DNA of 64,000 bases from Octopus sinensis (GCF_006345805.1 NC_043000.1:1116001-1180000), one strand, 5' to 3'; numbered from the stretch's first letter, positions 36,844 through 49,647 are shown. Program-made: numbers and translations. Notes: generated from the letters alone by a model not told the origin.

Positions 36844-37129
36844 TACATTGCACCCCCTCCCTATAGCCCTGACTGAGAGGGAGTGAGAGAAAGTAATAGC
36901 AATGAGAGAAAGGAAGGGGTGATAGATGAATAAGGAAGGAAGGAGTGAAAAAAAATCAGCATTTCAACTCTGTGCGAGTATATGTGTGTAGATGTGTGAT
37001 GTGCACAAGGGAAGTATGTGAATGTTTGTATGTGTGATTATTATGTACCTTATTTTGTACCTTTATAAATAAAATACTATAATTAGTTGCCATTATTGAT
37101 GGCACGTTGTCAGCTAATACCAAACAGTG

Positions 37130-37960
37130 ATTCACTGTTAGGTGAATAATTGTTTATCAATTAGTATAATGGCTTTCTTTTGGACTATCCATAACATGGG
37201 AGTAGTTTTTCATTAGGGATCTTACTTGTTCCTTGTAGGGAGTCAGTGTCTGATTAGTGCTGAAGTCTTTTTTTAACCTCTGAAGAGATAGCTTTGGAAC
37301 ATAATAAACTAACATCAATGTTGTGTTTTGGGGGATTACCAGGAAAAGTGATCTGGGATTAGCTGGTAAGAAAATCTCTATAAGATGAGCACAAAGAGTG
37401 CAAAACCATACAGTTTGGTGGTCTCGTCACTGGAAAATGGTAGGGGTTCACTCCCCTGCTTGCAATATATACTGGGTGCAGATTGCATCAAATAACCAGC
37501 AGGAGGAAGTATCCTCCTGGGGTTAAATTGGTAGTAATTTTGGTTGCTATGGAACAGCCATGTTGAAGTGGCAATAAACATAACTTCATCTGAGATTGTA
37601 AGAATTTTTAGTGACTTTATGAGGTTTAACTTTTTAACTTCATATTATCCAAGTGTTCTAACTTTGTATTGTCCAAGATTTATGAGTTAGAGGTTTGTGC
37701 CTTGTGTTAAAAAAAAAATTATTGTATTTTTCTGCTGGTGAAACAGACAATATGCTTGTGATTCCATGGTGAGAATATTTTGAGAACTCTAACCACTAAG
37801 ATAGTGAAAGCTTGACATAAGACTTTAAGGTCTTCATGTGGAGATGATGTTGTTGAATGGATTGTCAAGTAAGTTTTGAAGACTATGATATCATCTTCAT
37901 AGGAAGAACCGGTGTTATAACAGCTTAGCATGAAGCTTTTCAGTCTGCCTGTAGATGATG
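37130..37960 (-). mobile_element. Highly degenerate LINE RT (CR1/L2 group)
   Basis: YEDDIIVF (YADD-like) and PYKEQVRSLM...W (LYKAQVR-like) on the minus strand. Confidence 0.45.
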
Positions 37961-38271
37961 TTGATGAGCTGAATGTCAAGTTAAGACTAACCCTTTATCA
38001 TCCAGACGACTCAGTCAAATGTAATGCTTATTTATCTATGTCGTTTTTAATTAATCATGCATTATCTCAATGCTTTGAGATTTCAATGATGTGATTGCTT
38101 AGTTTTTAGAATGACATTGTTAAGTATGTGTAAGTGACAGGATTTGCCCAGTTTGAGTATAAAAAAGGTAGAATAGTTTGACCATATATGGCTGGCTTAA
38201 ATGCTAAAGCCTGTGATAGCATCTTCATTGAAAGGATCATTGTTATAGCCGACAATACACGTATGTCCTCT

Positions 38272-38642
38272 ATATATATAAAGCTGAAGTTGTCTGTGTA
38301 TGGCAGGTTTGGTAGCCTTCAACTAACACTATCTCCTCCGAGACCCTGTATTCAGTGTATGATAGAAGAAGGCTTGCTCTTCCTTCCGTAGAAGAAAAAA
38401 TTCAAATCGGACCATGTTAACACCAAAAATTATTTACATCAAAAAGGTGCTTATTTTCTATGAAAATCCCTATTTTTTACGATTTTTTTACTGCTGTGTC
38501 GCCATTTTTCGGTGTATTTTAACCAGAAAAATGTTCACTTAAAGAGAATAACAAGCTACATAATGCAGAATTTTTACTTTTCAAAAATTCCAATTCTAAA
38601 GGGTCGAAACAAACCCGAGCAATGCCAGGCGATACTGCTAGT
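38272..38642 (-). mobile_element. HINE-type element, second family
   Basis: Shares the 5' end actagcagtatcgcctggcattgctcgggtttgt; different body. Confidence 0.65.
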
Positions 38643-38693
38643 TCATATATAGAAATGAAAATGTAGGACACATAATTGAACCTTGTGGAACAC

Positions 38694-39191
38694 ATCATCA
38701 TCATCATCATTGTTCGACCGTGGTCGAGACAATGGAATTTACTATGTTACGCCAGACTTCACGGTCCATCATAGCATTACGGAGGTCCTGTTGCTGGATG
38801 CCTGTATCCCTGGAGATTACATCAGGGTAGGAGAGTGTGCGCCCTCTGGTATTGCGAGTAGATGGCTTCCGGAGGAGAAGAGTAGAAATTACTTCTTTTT
38901 CAGCTCTACAACAATGTCCAGCAAACTGGACTCTCCTACCTTTCACAAGAGATGACACAGGTGGTAGTTTCCCATATATTTGCATTTTGGTTGGATGGCG
39001 CTTCCACGAGAGATTTTGAGCTCTCATAAGGAGGCGAGTGTAGATTCCATCCAACCGCCTCTCAAGCTTCTTTGATAACGTCCAGGTTTCTGAGCCATGT
39101 AGTAGAATTGGTTCGACTGTAGCTTTGAAGATTTCAAGTTTGAAATCTCTACTTAGATTTGATGACCAGATCTTATGCATATCAGTACAGG
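38694..39191 (-). mobile_element. 5'-truncated RTE LINE
   Basis: ATVEPILLHGSETWTL...RRVQFAGHCCR...DREVW; (TGA)n tail; TSD cttgt(g/a)gaacac at 38682-38693 and 39192-39203. Confidence 0.9.
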
Positions 39192-39383
39192 CTTGTAGAA
39201 CACAAGAATTGGGTTTGTACATCAAAGAGAGAGAGAGCATTCTGTGATAGTACTTTCTGATAGGAAGCTTCACCCTCTTTAACAATTCCTCAATTCCTTG
39301 TAATTCAGTGTGTATCATCAACCATTCGCTTTCCATGTTTCCAACAGCCATATTTCTATGAAATCCAGTCTAACATTAAAACT

Positions 39384-39797
39384 GGAGTGGCTGTGTGGTA
39401 AGTAGCTTGTTTACCAACCGCATGGTTCCGGGTTCAGTCCCACTGCGTGGCACCTTGGGCAAGTGTCTTCTACTATAGCCTCAGGCCGACCAAAGCATTG
39501 TGAGTGGATTTGGTAGACGGAAACTGAAAGAAGCCCGTCGTATATATGTATATATGTATATATGTGCGTGTGTGTGTGTTTGTGTGTCTGTGTTTGTCCC
39601 CCTAGCATTGCTTGACAACCGATGCTGGTGTGTTTATGTCCCCGTAACTTAGCGGTTCGGCAAAAGAGACCGATAGAATAAGTACTGGGCTTACAAAAGA
39701 ATAAGTTCCGGGGTCGATTTGCTCGATTAAAGGCGATGCTCCAGCATGGCCGCAGTCAAATGACTGAAACAAGTAAAAGAGTAAAGAGTAAAGAGTA
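39384..39797 (+). mobile_element. Dominant SINE
   Basis: Matches 12617-13030. Confidence 0.92.
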
Positions 39798-40286
39798 ACA
39801 TATTGCGTTATTCTAGTTTCCTTGTCATAACATTCATTAAGCCACAGATTTAGGATGTAATTGTGCTAATTGTACCCATCCCAACACATTAATAATACTT
39901 AATTAGGCTGACATCATATCGACAATTTGGATTCCAGTGCAATTACTGTCACACCTCGCATTCCAGCTCTGTTTCCAATTTATTTTGCTCTCCTTCTCTC
40001 TCTCACTCTCCCTCTCTCTCTCACACATACACACTCACACACACTACCTCTCTATCTCTTTCGCTATCTATCTATCTACCTATCTACCTATCTATCTATC
40101 CATATCTATCTATCTATCTATCTATCTATTTATCTATCTATCTATCAATCTATCTGTCTGTCTATCTATCTATCTGTCTGTCTATCTATCTGTCTGTCTG
40201 TCTGTCTATCTGTCTATCTATCTGTCTGTCTGTCTATCTATCTGTCTGTCTGTCTGTCTATCTGTCTATCTATCTATCTATCTATC

Positions 40287-40547
40287 TGGGTAAACCTCAC
40301 CTGTCCTCCCCTTTACACTTCATATTGACATTTCTGTGATAACGATCCCTATTGATCAATTTTTTTTTTTTCCTCTCCCCCTTTTTTTTAACCCCCCTTT
40401 TTTTTGTCCTCTTTCTCTCCTTTTACGATCCCTTTTGATCGAAACTCCCCCTTCCTTTTTTTTTTTTTTTTTTTAAACTTTAAAGAAAAGCTCTACCTTG
40501 TAATTGTTCTATCTGTGTGCAGCCCTGTGTGGCTAATAAAGAAACAT
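40287..40547 (+). mobile_element. Longest Tx1-like 3' end inside (TATC/TGTC)n
   Basis: Ends gcagccctgtgtggctaataaagaaaca|tatc; tetranucleotide runs on both sides. Confidence 0.65.
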
Positions 40548-40556
40548 ATCTATCTA

Positions 40557-40685
<129 letters not shown>

Positions 40686-40697
40686 TCTGTCTGTCTA

Positions 40698-40728
<31 letters not shown>

Positions 40729-41295
40729 GTCTATCTATCTCTCTATATATATATATCTACCTGTTCATCTATCTCTGTCTTTCTCTCTCTCATTCTTAAT
40801 TTCGCATAGCTTTCTTTTTCTTTCACTCATATAATTTCTCCCACTTCCCTCCCCCTGTCTCTCTCTCTCTCTTTCTCTCTCTCACACACACATACACTCA
40901 CTCACTCACTCACTCACACACTCACTCACTCTATCTTTCTTTTATTTTAGATACCCCTGCGCCATCTGCTACAGAGAACTCTCCGCTGAAGATACAACCA
41001 AGGATCAATCATAAGATTAAAGGCCCCGTTCTTTCTAATTTGAGCCCAAGACCAGCATTTTTGTAGGGAGAAGGGTTTAACTGATTACATCATTCCCCAA
41101 TGTACAACTGGTATTTGTTTTATCGATCCTGCAAGGATGAAGGGCAAAGTCAAGCTCTGCAGAATCTGAACTCAGAACCTAAAACTCAAAAGAACTGCTA
41201 TCAATTCTGCCAGCTGACTACGTTTATGATTGATAACAGTAATAATAATAATAATAGTAACACCAACAACAACAACAACAACAACAGCAACAACA

Positions 41296-41490
41296 GTGGA
41301 GGCGCAATGGCCCAGTGGTTAGGGCAGCGGACTCGCAGTTGTAAGAACGCAGTTTCGATTCCTAGACCGGGCATTGTGAGTATTCATTGAGCAAAAACAC
41401 CTAAGCTGCACAAGGCTCTGGTGGGGAGGAGTGGTGAACCCTGCTGTACTCTTTCCCCACAACTTTCTCTCACTCTTTCTTCCTACTTCT
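41296..41490 (+). mobile_element. ggaggc-head SINE, 3'-truncated
   Basis: ggaggcgcaatggcccagtggttagggcagcggactcg. Confidence 0.8.
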
Positions 41491-42190
41491 ACCACAAAGC
41501 AGAGGAACCATGGTGTAACCGACTACGATGTGGTAAAACTTTCAGACCCTAGTCTAGATTGCGAATACTCTGTACCCCAGGATGATTCAGCTCTCCACTC
41601 GTTAAAAGCCACCATTTACGGAATGAGGAAAACAACATAGCTTTCGCACCCGTGCAACCACCCGTCTATCGCATGTGGTGGGTGAATCTTCAAGTTGCCA
41701 CACGCATTCTTAGTAGCTTAGAGTAGGCTCGAATTAGAGATTATTCTTTGTGACTAATGGCGTGAGTCCTGATTGGAAGAAGAAGAAGAAGATGACAGCA
41801 ACAACATCAATGATGATGATGATGATGATGGTTACTATGATTGGCACAAGGTCATAAGTTTGTGAAAGAGAGAGGAATGGTGTAAGTGGTTTTGTACTGA
41901 GTTGACTCTCATTATAAACTGTTACTTATTTCATTGATTAACCCAGATAAACAAAATGAAGCCAGATGCCATTAGATACATATTGTTGGAGCTTATTAAA
42001 AAATGTTATCTGATATCCAGGCTATCATTTCACATAAGCCTTGTGCTTCGTAGTTCCATTTCGGTGAGCTCAGTTATAGTTTGGCATATCCTCCAAGTGG
42101 CCAGTCTCATCTGCTAAAAACTATTCAATGAACATTATGGCAACCAACATGTGGATTATTAATGTCTATTCACTACAGGCTTTTTTCATC

Positions 42191-42226
<36 letters not shown>

Positions 42227-42277
42227 TATTATTATTATTATAATAATTATAAGAATAATAATAATAATAATAATAAT

Positions 42278-42576
42278 AAGGCGGTTACAATACCAGTGAT
42301 CGTAGGAGCACTAGGGATGATCAAGAAGGGAACCGAAAATTATATGAGAATGATCCCTGGCTTACCATCCCTGCAAGAAGTGCAAAAGATTGTCTTAACT
42401 GGTACATCACACGTATTGAGAAGAGCATTGTCGATGTGAGAACTGTTTTTTTTAAATGAACGAACTATTGAGTTTGGTTTAATGGCCTACCAATGTATAC
42501 TATGAGTTTCTTTGCCCTAGGAGTCGGGAAGACACTCGGCAAGAAATGGAAGCAAATTTGAAAGAAGAAAAAAAAG
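42278..42576 (+). mobile_element. 5'-truncated R4/Dong-like element in (TAA)n
   Basis: VTIPVIVGALGMIKKG...IPGLPSLQEVQKIVLTGTSHVLRRALSM*; (AAT)n on both sides. Confidence 0.85.
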
Positions 42577-42836
42577 TAATAATAATAATAATAATTATAT
42601 TTTCTACTACAGGCACAAGGCCTGAAATTTTGTTGGGCAGGAGCTAGTCAATTATATTGACCCCAGTACTCAGCTGGTACTCATTTTATCAACCTCAGAA
42701 GGATGACAGACAGGATGGACTTTGGTAGCAGTTGAACTCAGAATGCAAAGAGCCAGACGAAATGCCATTAAGCATTTTGTCCAGTATGCTAACAACTCTG
42801 CCTGCTCACCATCTTAATAATAATAATAATAATAAC

Positions 42837-42878
<42 letters not shown>

Positions 42879-42885
<7 letters not shown>

Positions 42886-43104
42886 TCGTATTAACTGAAA
42901 TGGCTCATGTACTGAGAAGAGCACTATCGCTGTGAAAACAACATCCATCCATGAATTTATTTATTTATTAATTTTTAAATACATATTTTATCTGTGAATT
43001 TGCGTGTGTTATCTGGGAATGCATACAACGAGCTTCTCTGCCCTAGGTGTACGGAAAACACTCGGTGAGAAACGGAAGAAAATTTGAAGAAAGAAGGAAA
43101 AAAC
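42879..43104 (+). mobile_element. Second 5'-truncated R4/Dong-like element in (TAA)n
   Basis: KIVLTEMAHVLRRALSL* plus a homologous 3' UTR; (AAT)n on both sides. Confidence 0.8.
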
Positions 43105-43138
<34 letters not shown>

Positions 43139-43177
43139 TGATGATGATGAATTACTTTGCATTATTTCATGTAATTT

Positions 43178-43500
43178 TGGAAAACGGGTTATGTTGTTAG
43201 CACAGCTCCCATGACTTTAGGAAACATTTTTCATGCTGAGAGTTGCTGAAGCATGGAAAAAACTGTCGGCATCAGTTGTTAGTTGTCGAAGCACTGCATC
43301 CTTCAAAACTTCCATGCTTTCTGAGATTCGCCAACACTACACTTGATTTTCTCCCCTCCATACACACGCAAGCATGTATCTGACTCATACACTGTTCACT
43401 TCCCAGACATTTATACATTACTGCATATACTTTATATGCACTTTTGACAAGTTGTGGTGCACCTGAACACTGTATATAATAATTTCATTATTATTATTAT
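43178..43500 (+). mobile_element. CR1 LINE 3' end
   Basis: RKHFFMLRVAEAWKKLSASVVSCRSTASFK. Confidence 0.7.
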
Positions 43501-43612
43501 AATATTTGGTTCAGCTTTGATGTAGTAAACTTTTAGCAAGAGACAAATGAGACAAATATAATACTGCTGAATGTTTTGAAAACAAATAAAGAACACAAGA
43601 ATAATATCAAAG

Positions 43613-44464
43613 ATGAATGACAAATTCCATCAGTGTAAAATCTGCAATAAGGTCTTCTCCCGCAGTGCTAATTTAACCAGGCACATGCGTGTTCACACTG
43701 GGGAGAAACCTTATACCTGTAATATCTGCAACAAATCTTTTTCCCTCAACTGTACTTTGTATCGACACAAGCAAATGCACGCTGGTGAAAGACCCTATGA
43801 GTGTAAAGTATGTGGCAAGAGATTCTCGCAGACTAGTCACCTGTCGGAACATGTGTTGATTCACACAGGTGAAAAGTCGTATCAATGTGAAATCTGCGGT
43901 AAGACATTTTCTCGAAACAGCTACCTGTCGACACACAAATGGATGCACTCCGGCCAGAAACCGCACACCTGTAGAATTTGCGGTAAGACTTTCTCTCGTA
44001 CCAGTCATTTGGCAAGCCACCAGAGCGTACACAGCGGGGAGAAACCATTCCACTGTGACGAGTGTGGGAAAAATTTCTCCCGCAACAGTCATCTAACGAC
44101 ACACCTGCAGATTCACACAGGTGAGAAACCTTTCCGCTGTGACATATGCGGCAAATCATTCTCACATAACAGTTATCTATCCGGCCACAAACGTATCCAC
44201 ACGGGGGAGAAACCTTATACCTGTGACACCTGCGGCAAATCGTTTTCTCGTAGTAGTCACCTGTCCAGACACAAGTGGACCCATACAGGCGAGAAGCCGT
44301 TTCGTTGTGAGACGTGTGGTAAAGCTTTCACTCAGAACAGCCACTTAACTAAACACAAATGGCTACATAGAGGAGATGAGGAATACCAATGCCAAATCTG
44401 TAATAAAACATTTGAAGAGAACAATCTCCTAGCCGCACATGTCTGGACACACACAGAAGGCTGA
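43613..44464 (+). CDS. C2H2 zinc-finger protein, 10 tandem fingers, no effector domain visible
   Basis: 283-aa ORF of ten CxxC-x12-HxxxH units, mostly TGEKP-type linkers; in-frame stops shortly upstream; ATG start assumed. Confidence 0.9.
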   Translation: MNDKFHQCKICNKVFSRSANLTRHMRVHTGEKPYTCNICNKSFSLNCTLYRHKQMHAGERPYECKVCGKRFSQTSHLSEHVLIHTGEKSYQCEICGKTFSRNSYLSTHKWMHSGQKPHTCRICGKTFSRTSHLASHQSVHSGEKPFHCDECGKNFSRNSHLTTHLQIHTGEKPFRCDICGKSFSHNSYLSGHKRIHTGEKPYTCDTCGKSFSRSSHLSRHKWTHTGEKPFRCETCGKAFTQNSHLTKHKWLHRGDEEYQCQICNKTFEENNLLAAHVWTHTEG

Positions 44465-44586
44465 TGTTTCATACTTTATATAAGATATCACTATATGTCA
44501 TGAATGTTGCTATACTGATGGTGGTACCATCCTAAGATAACATGATACAATATTGTGTCTGAAACACTTATATATCTATATATATC

Positions 44587-44629
<43 letters not shown>

Positions 44630-44994
44630 TTATAGAAGGAGCTTCTACAGGACTAGAACTGTTTCATTCAGATGAAATCTTCAGGAAGCTGGCTGTCAAA
44701 ATAAGTTCTAGTATTTATGCATTTAGGCAGATTTAATGGAGTGGTGGTGGGGGACGTTTTTTGGGTAGGTTGGGTAGCTCCTGTAGAAGCTCCTTCTATA
44801 AAATAAATTACTTTACTCTGCTATGTATTGAGTACCTTATTTACTGTGGTTAACCCCAACTCAACCCGGGACCTACATATATATATATATACCGGAGTAA
44901 ACACATAAATGTGAAACAAGGTGTAAAAAAGAGTACTCAAATACCAGTGGTAGAGTAATATGCTTTATTTAAAGCAGCAGAAAATTCAACAAGA

Positions 44995-45037
44995 CCTGTT
45001 ACTCTGAGTTTCATGTTGCCGTTCGTCAGACAGTTTT
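44995..45037 (-). ncRNA. Hammerhead ribozyme (family B)
   Basis: ctgt-CTGACGA-acg(gcaa)cat-GAAA-ctcagag-TA-acag; one stem II mismatch. Confidence 0.65.
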
Positions 45038-45069
45038 TGCTAGAATGTAAATTGTAAATTTTTCTAGCA

Positions 45070-45115
45070 AAAACTGTCCGACGAACGGCAACGTGAAATT
45101 CAGAGTAACAGGTTT
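45070..45115 (+). ncRNA. Hammerhead ribozyme (family B)
   Basis: ctgt-CCGACGA-acg(gcaa)cgt-GAAA-ttcagag-TA-acag. Confidence 0.65.
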
Positions 45116-45148
45116 TGTTGAATTTTCTGCTGCTTTAAATAAATATAT

Positions 45149-45181
<33 letters not shown>

Positions 45182-45416
45182 CATGAAGGTTGGCATCTAA
45201 AAGAAAGAGGTTTTATCAATATGAAATTGCTTTCTTCTAAAACTGAAATTTCTTTTAATAAATTTGCAGCTTTTGAACAGACACACAGTTTACATTTTGT
45301 AATATTTACATTAAAGCAGTGTCTACAAGTTTGCCCTATGCTACACATGGTTTTCATTTAAGATACATAAAGATACATATATGTATACAGATACATAAAT
45401 ACAAAAGTATATATAT

Positions 45417-45471
<55 letters not shown>

Positions 45472-45648
45472 ATATATATATATATATGTATATGTTATTT
45501 ATTTATATAGACACATACATATATCTACAGATATATATATATATATGTTTATGTATGTGTATATATATATATATATTTATCATTTGTCATAATAGATCAC
45601 TAGCCACTACACATTCTTTATATTCTCTCCTTGTTGCTTTCTGTGTTC

Positions 45649-45684
45649 CTTTCTGTGGAAGAGCATAGGTTCGAAACGTTAAAG
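45649..45684 (+). ncRNA. Degenerate hammerhead-like motif (family D-like)
   Basis: cttt-CTGTGGA-a-gagc(atag)gttc-GAAA-CGTT-aaag; core altered; downstream tail recurs at 60241-60330. Confidence 0.4.
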
Positions 45685-45783
45685 ACTTTTTCACTTCCCG
45701 AGCGTTATACTAATACATCTGTTTGTTGTCTACACCACCTGTCTCCCAATATATATATATATGTGTGTGTGTGTCTATATACG

Positions 45784-45816
<33 letters not shown>

Positions 45817-46162
45817 TATATATACACACACAATATATATCATATATATATATTTATATAATCATCATTACCATCATCATCATCGTCATCCTCACCATCA
45901 TCATCATCATCATCATCATCATCACCATCACCACCATCACCATCATCATCATCATCATCATCATCATCGTCGTCGTCGTCGTCGTCATCATCATCAGCTT
46001 CATTTAACATCCATTTTCCATTTGGATATAAATACTCGATACAAGTGATAATGTTTATTCATCTGTTTGAAGTTGAGATTTCACTCCAGTGCTACTCTGA
46101 ACTTGACTATTATCATTACTTTCCTCAAGACAGTGTCTATACATATATATATATATATATAC

Positions 46163-46218
<56 letters not shown>

Positions 46219-46246
46219 GTATGTATGTATGTATGTGTATATATAT

Positions 46247-46653
46247 TTTACTGTTTTACTCTTTTACTTGTTTCAGTCATTTGACTGCAGCCATGCTGGA
46301 GCACCGCCTTTAATCAAGCAACTCGACCCCGGGACTTATTCTTTTGTAAGCCCAGTACTTATTCTATCGGTCTCTTTTGCCAAACCGCTAAGTGACGGCG
46401 ACATAAACACACCAGCATCGTTTGTCAAGCAATGCTAGGGGGACAAATACAGACACACAAACACACACACATACACATATATATATAAATATATACGACG
46501 GGCTTCTTTCAGTTTCCGTCTACCAAATCCACTCACAATGCTTTGGTCGGCCCGAGGCTATAGTAGAAGACACTTGCCCAAGGTACCACACAGTGGGACT
46601 GAACCCGGAACCATGTGGTTGGTAAACAAGCTACTTACCACACAGCCACTCCT
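46247..46653 (-). mobile_element. Dominant SINE
   Basis: Reverse complement of the family sequence. Confidence 0.9.
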
Positions 46654-46674
46654 ATATATATATATGTATGTATG

Positions 46675-46715
<41 letters not shown>

Positions 46716-47065
46716 AGTTTATTATTGCCGGAAGCAAAAACATTTCAAATGAGAAATGAAATACTGTATGTCTTTATCATAGATTTTGTAGCAAGCTCAC
46801 TTGCTTTCTGAGTTGAGAGAAATTCAAGTTTTGTCATTGGGAAATGCATAAACTTATCATCTTTATTCGCCCCGCCATAAACCTGAGATTTCCTGCCTAA
46901 AATATTTTGCAGACAATATGTACTTTACACATCACAAGTATATATGTATTACATACATATTTACACACTCACACATGCACACATACACACACATACACAC
47001 ACACACACACACACACATTGAGAGTGTAAGCAACTACCGTAAGATTGTGCATATGATGTACATAT

Positions 47066-47410
47066 GTCATCATCATCATTGTTCGACCGTGGTCGAGACA
47101 ATGGAATTTACCATGCTACGCCAGACTTCACGGTCCATCATGGCATTACGGAGGTCCTGTTGCTGGATGCCTGTATCCCTGGAGATTACATCAGGGTAGG
47201 AGAGTGTGCGCCCTCTGGTATTGCGAGTAGATGGCTTCCAGAGGAGAAGAGTAGAAATTACTTCTTTTTCAGCTCTACAACAATGTCCAGCAAACTGGAC
47301 TCTCCTACCTTTCACAAGAGATGACACAGGTGGTAGTTTCCCATATATTTGCATTTTGGTTGGATGGCGCTTCCACGAGAGATTTTGAGCTCTCATAAGG
47401 AGGCGAGTGT
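47066..47410 (-). mobile_element. 5'-truncated RTE LINE, near-identical to 38694-39030
   Basis: Same peptide (MRAQNLSWKRHPTK...STTVEQ*) with few substitutions. Confidence 0.9.
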
Positions 47411-47445
47411 ACTTATATTGGTTAACTTATATGTACTTATATTGG

Positions 47446-48090
47446 TTAACTGCCAGTGTTTGACCCGAGCAAAAAATTTTTATAAAAATAGTGTCATAGG
47501 TGTAAAACATGCTGGCAAACGGAAGGGTGGGGGAGACGACTCAAAAAATTCACATTGGGTGTGTTCTGAGTCGTCTCATCACTTCCTCATTTGTCAGTGC
47601 AATTATTTTTTCTTCATATTCGTTTACTACACATTATTTTACACCTAGTACACTATTTTTTTTCAATTTTTGTGACAGGCGATGGGTGGTGTGCGGACTT
47701 GGATAATTCACACGATCCACTAACCTGACTTCAATACCCGACCAAAAAAAAAAAAAAGAAGTGCAATAGGTATAAAATAATGTGTACTAAACAAAACAAA
47801 AATGTGTGCTGGCGAACAAGGGTGGATGTGGACAGGACACAGACAATCCACACAATCAGACTAAACATTAACATCTCTTTACTCTTTACTCTTTTACTTG
47901 TTTCAGTCATTTGACTGCGGCCATGCTGGAGCACCGCCTTTAATCGAGCAACTCGACCCCGGGACTTATTCTTTGTAAGCCCAGTACTTATTCTATCGGT
48001 CTCTTTTTGCCAAACCGCTAGGTGATGGGGACGTAAACACACCAGCATCGGTTGTCAAGCAATGCTAGGGGAACAAACACAGACACACAA

Positions 48091-48121
<31 letters not shown>

Positions 48122-48538
48122 CACATATATACGACAGGCTTCTTTCAGTTTCCGTCTACCAAATCCACTCACAAGGCATTGGTCGGCCCGGGGCTATAGC
48201 AGAAGACACTTGCCCAAGATGCCACGCAGTGGGACTGAACCCGGAACCATGTGGTTAGTTAGCAAGCTACTTACCACACAGCCACTCCTGCGCCTGGTCA
48301 CAAAAATTGAAATGTTGTTTTACACCTATTACACTATTTTTTTTTTCATTTTTGTGACCAGGTGTTAACGTTGAGTTTTCGGATCCTGTAAGATTGCTCA
48401 TGTGAATTTTCCGAGTCCTCTCCCCTCTGTCCTGTTCACCAGCGTGCATTTTTTTCTTATTTGTTTACTACATGTTGTTTTACACCTATTACACTATATT
48501 TTTTCCATTTTTTGCTCGGGTCAAACACTAGAGGTTAA
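47446..48538. mobile_element. TTAA-flanked DNA-transposon relic (piggyBac-like), interrupted by a SINE
   Basis: TIR ttaac...agtgtttgacccgagcaaaaaa at both ends. Confidence 0.5.
47880..48295 (-). mobile_element. Dominant SINE
   Basis: Reverse complement of the family sequence. Confidence 0.92.
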
Positions 48539-48958
48539 CCCTTATATCACACATACATACATATATATATACTTACATATACATATATATATATATATAC
48601 ATATATATGTGTGTGTGTGTGTGCGTATGTACATTGTTTTATGTTGAAAAAAATGCGGAAAGAGTATTAAATACATGTGATTCTCTACTCCTTCTAAAGT
48701 ATTCATAATATGGTTTCTTTTTGACACTGAAGGTAAGAGCTTGTCTCCTGACTCAATTTTATGTGCCATGCAATATTTAGACAAAGGGTCTCACCTGAAG
48801 ATCACAGTGACATGAGACATCACTCAACTCCAGTTGCAACAAATAAAACTATATACATATACATATATAAATATATATGTATATATATATATAATACAAA
48901 TAAGAAATTGACATGTTTTCCTTTGTTAAGTTCTGTTAGCTCCTTTTGCATAATTATA

Positions 48959-49525
48959 TTGGGTTGTCCAGAAAGTTTGTGCTGATTTTTAAAGGAAAGA
49001 AAAAGGTCAATAAATACTTGCCATTACATTTTTAATCAACCAAATATGAACCATTTTGTTGCACTGTGCGTCTCTATCTTTCCTTTAACTTGAAAATACT
49101 CTTTTCCCAGAATTGAGGAGGTTTCATGGCAAAGAATTCATCAAGGTATCTTTTTATGTCATCCAAGGAATTGAAATTTTTTACCATTAAGACTATTCTA
49201 CAGAGAACTGAATAAGTGGAAATCCGAAGGAGCAATATCTGGTGAATATGGAGGGTAGGGCAACACATCCCAGCCAAGCTGCAGCAATTTTTGTCTGGTT
49301 CCCAAAGCATCAAGTGCTGAAAATGAACTTTCTTATCTTCCATTTTAAAGGGTTAGAGAATTAACACAGGTTGTAGGAACATAAACCTTCTTCCACGAAA
49401 AGATAGCTTAAACTGTGCTCTAAATGGAGGTGTAGTCAAATCCTATTTTATGGATTCAACCATATTCTAAAATAAGTCGAAAGGTAAACTATTATAAATC
49501 GGCAGGAACTTTCCAGACAACCTAA
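48959..49525 (-). mobile_element. Internally deleted mariner, second copy
   Basis: Same TIRs, TA flanks and deletion junction as 36285-36843. Confidence 0.92.
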
Positions 49526-49647
49526 TATAATACTCAGAAATATAGATATTTTTTATCTCTGAATTCTTTGCTGAAGTTATAATAATGTCACATCACCATT
49601 GCATTTGCAAAATATATTATTTCATGATATATCTGTGTGAGTTGTGC

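Larger units (their letters stand above)
44890..45143. mobile_element. Hammerhead-bearing element (family B) in (TA)n, with inverted arms
   Basis: Arm ~44965-45045 reverse-complements ~45062-45143; homologous to 4278-4482. Confidence 0.85.

Noticed and set aside
38707-39351. 214-aa ORF as a host gene
   Set aside because: RTE C-terminus fused by chance to flank; the boundary coincides with a TSD.
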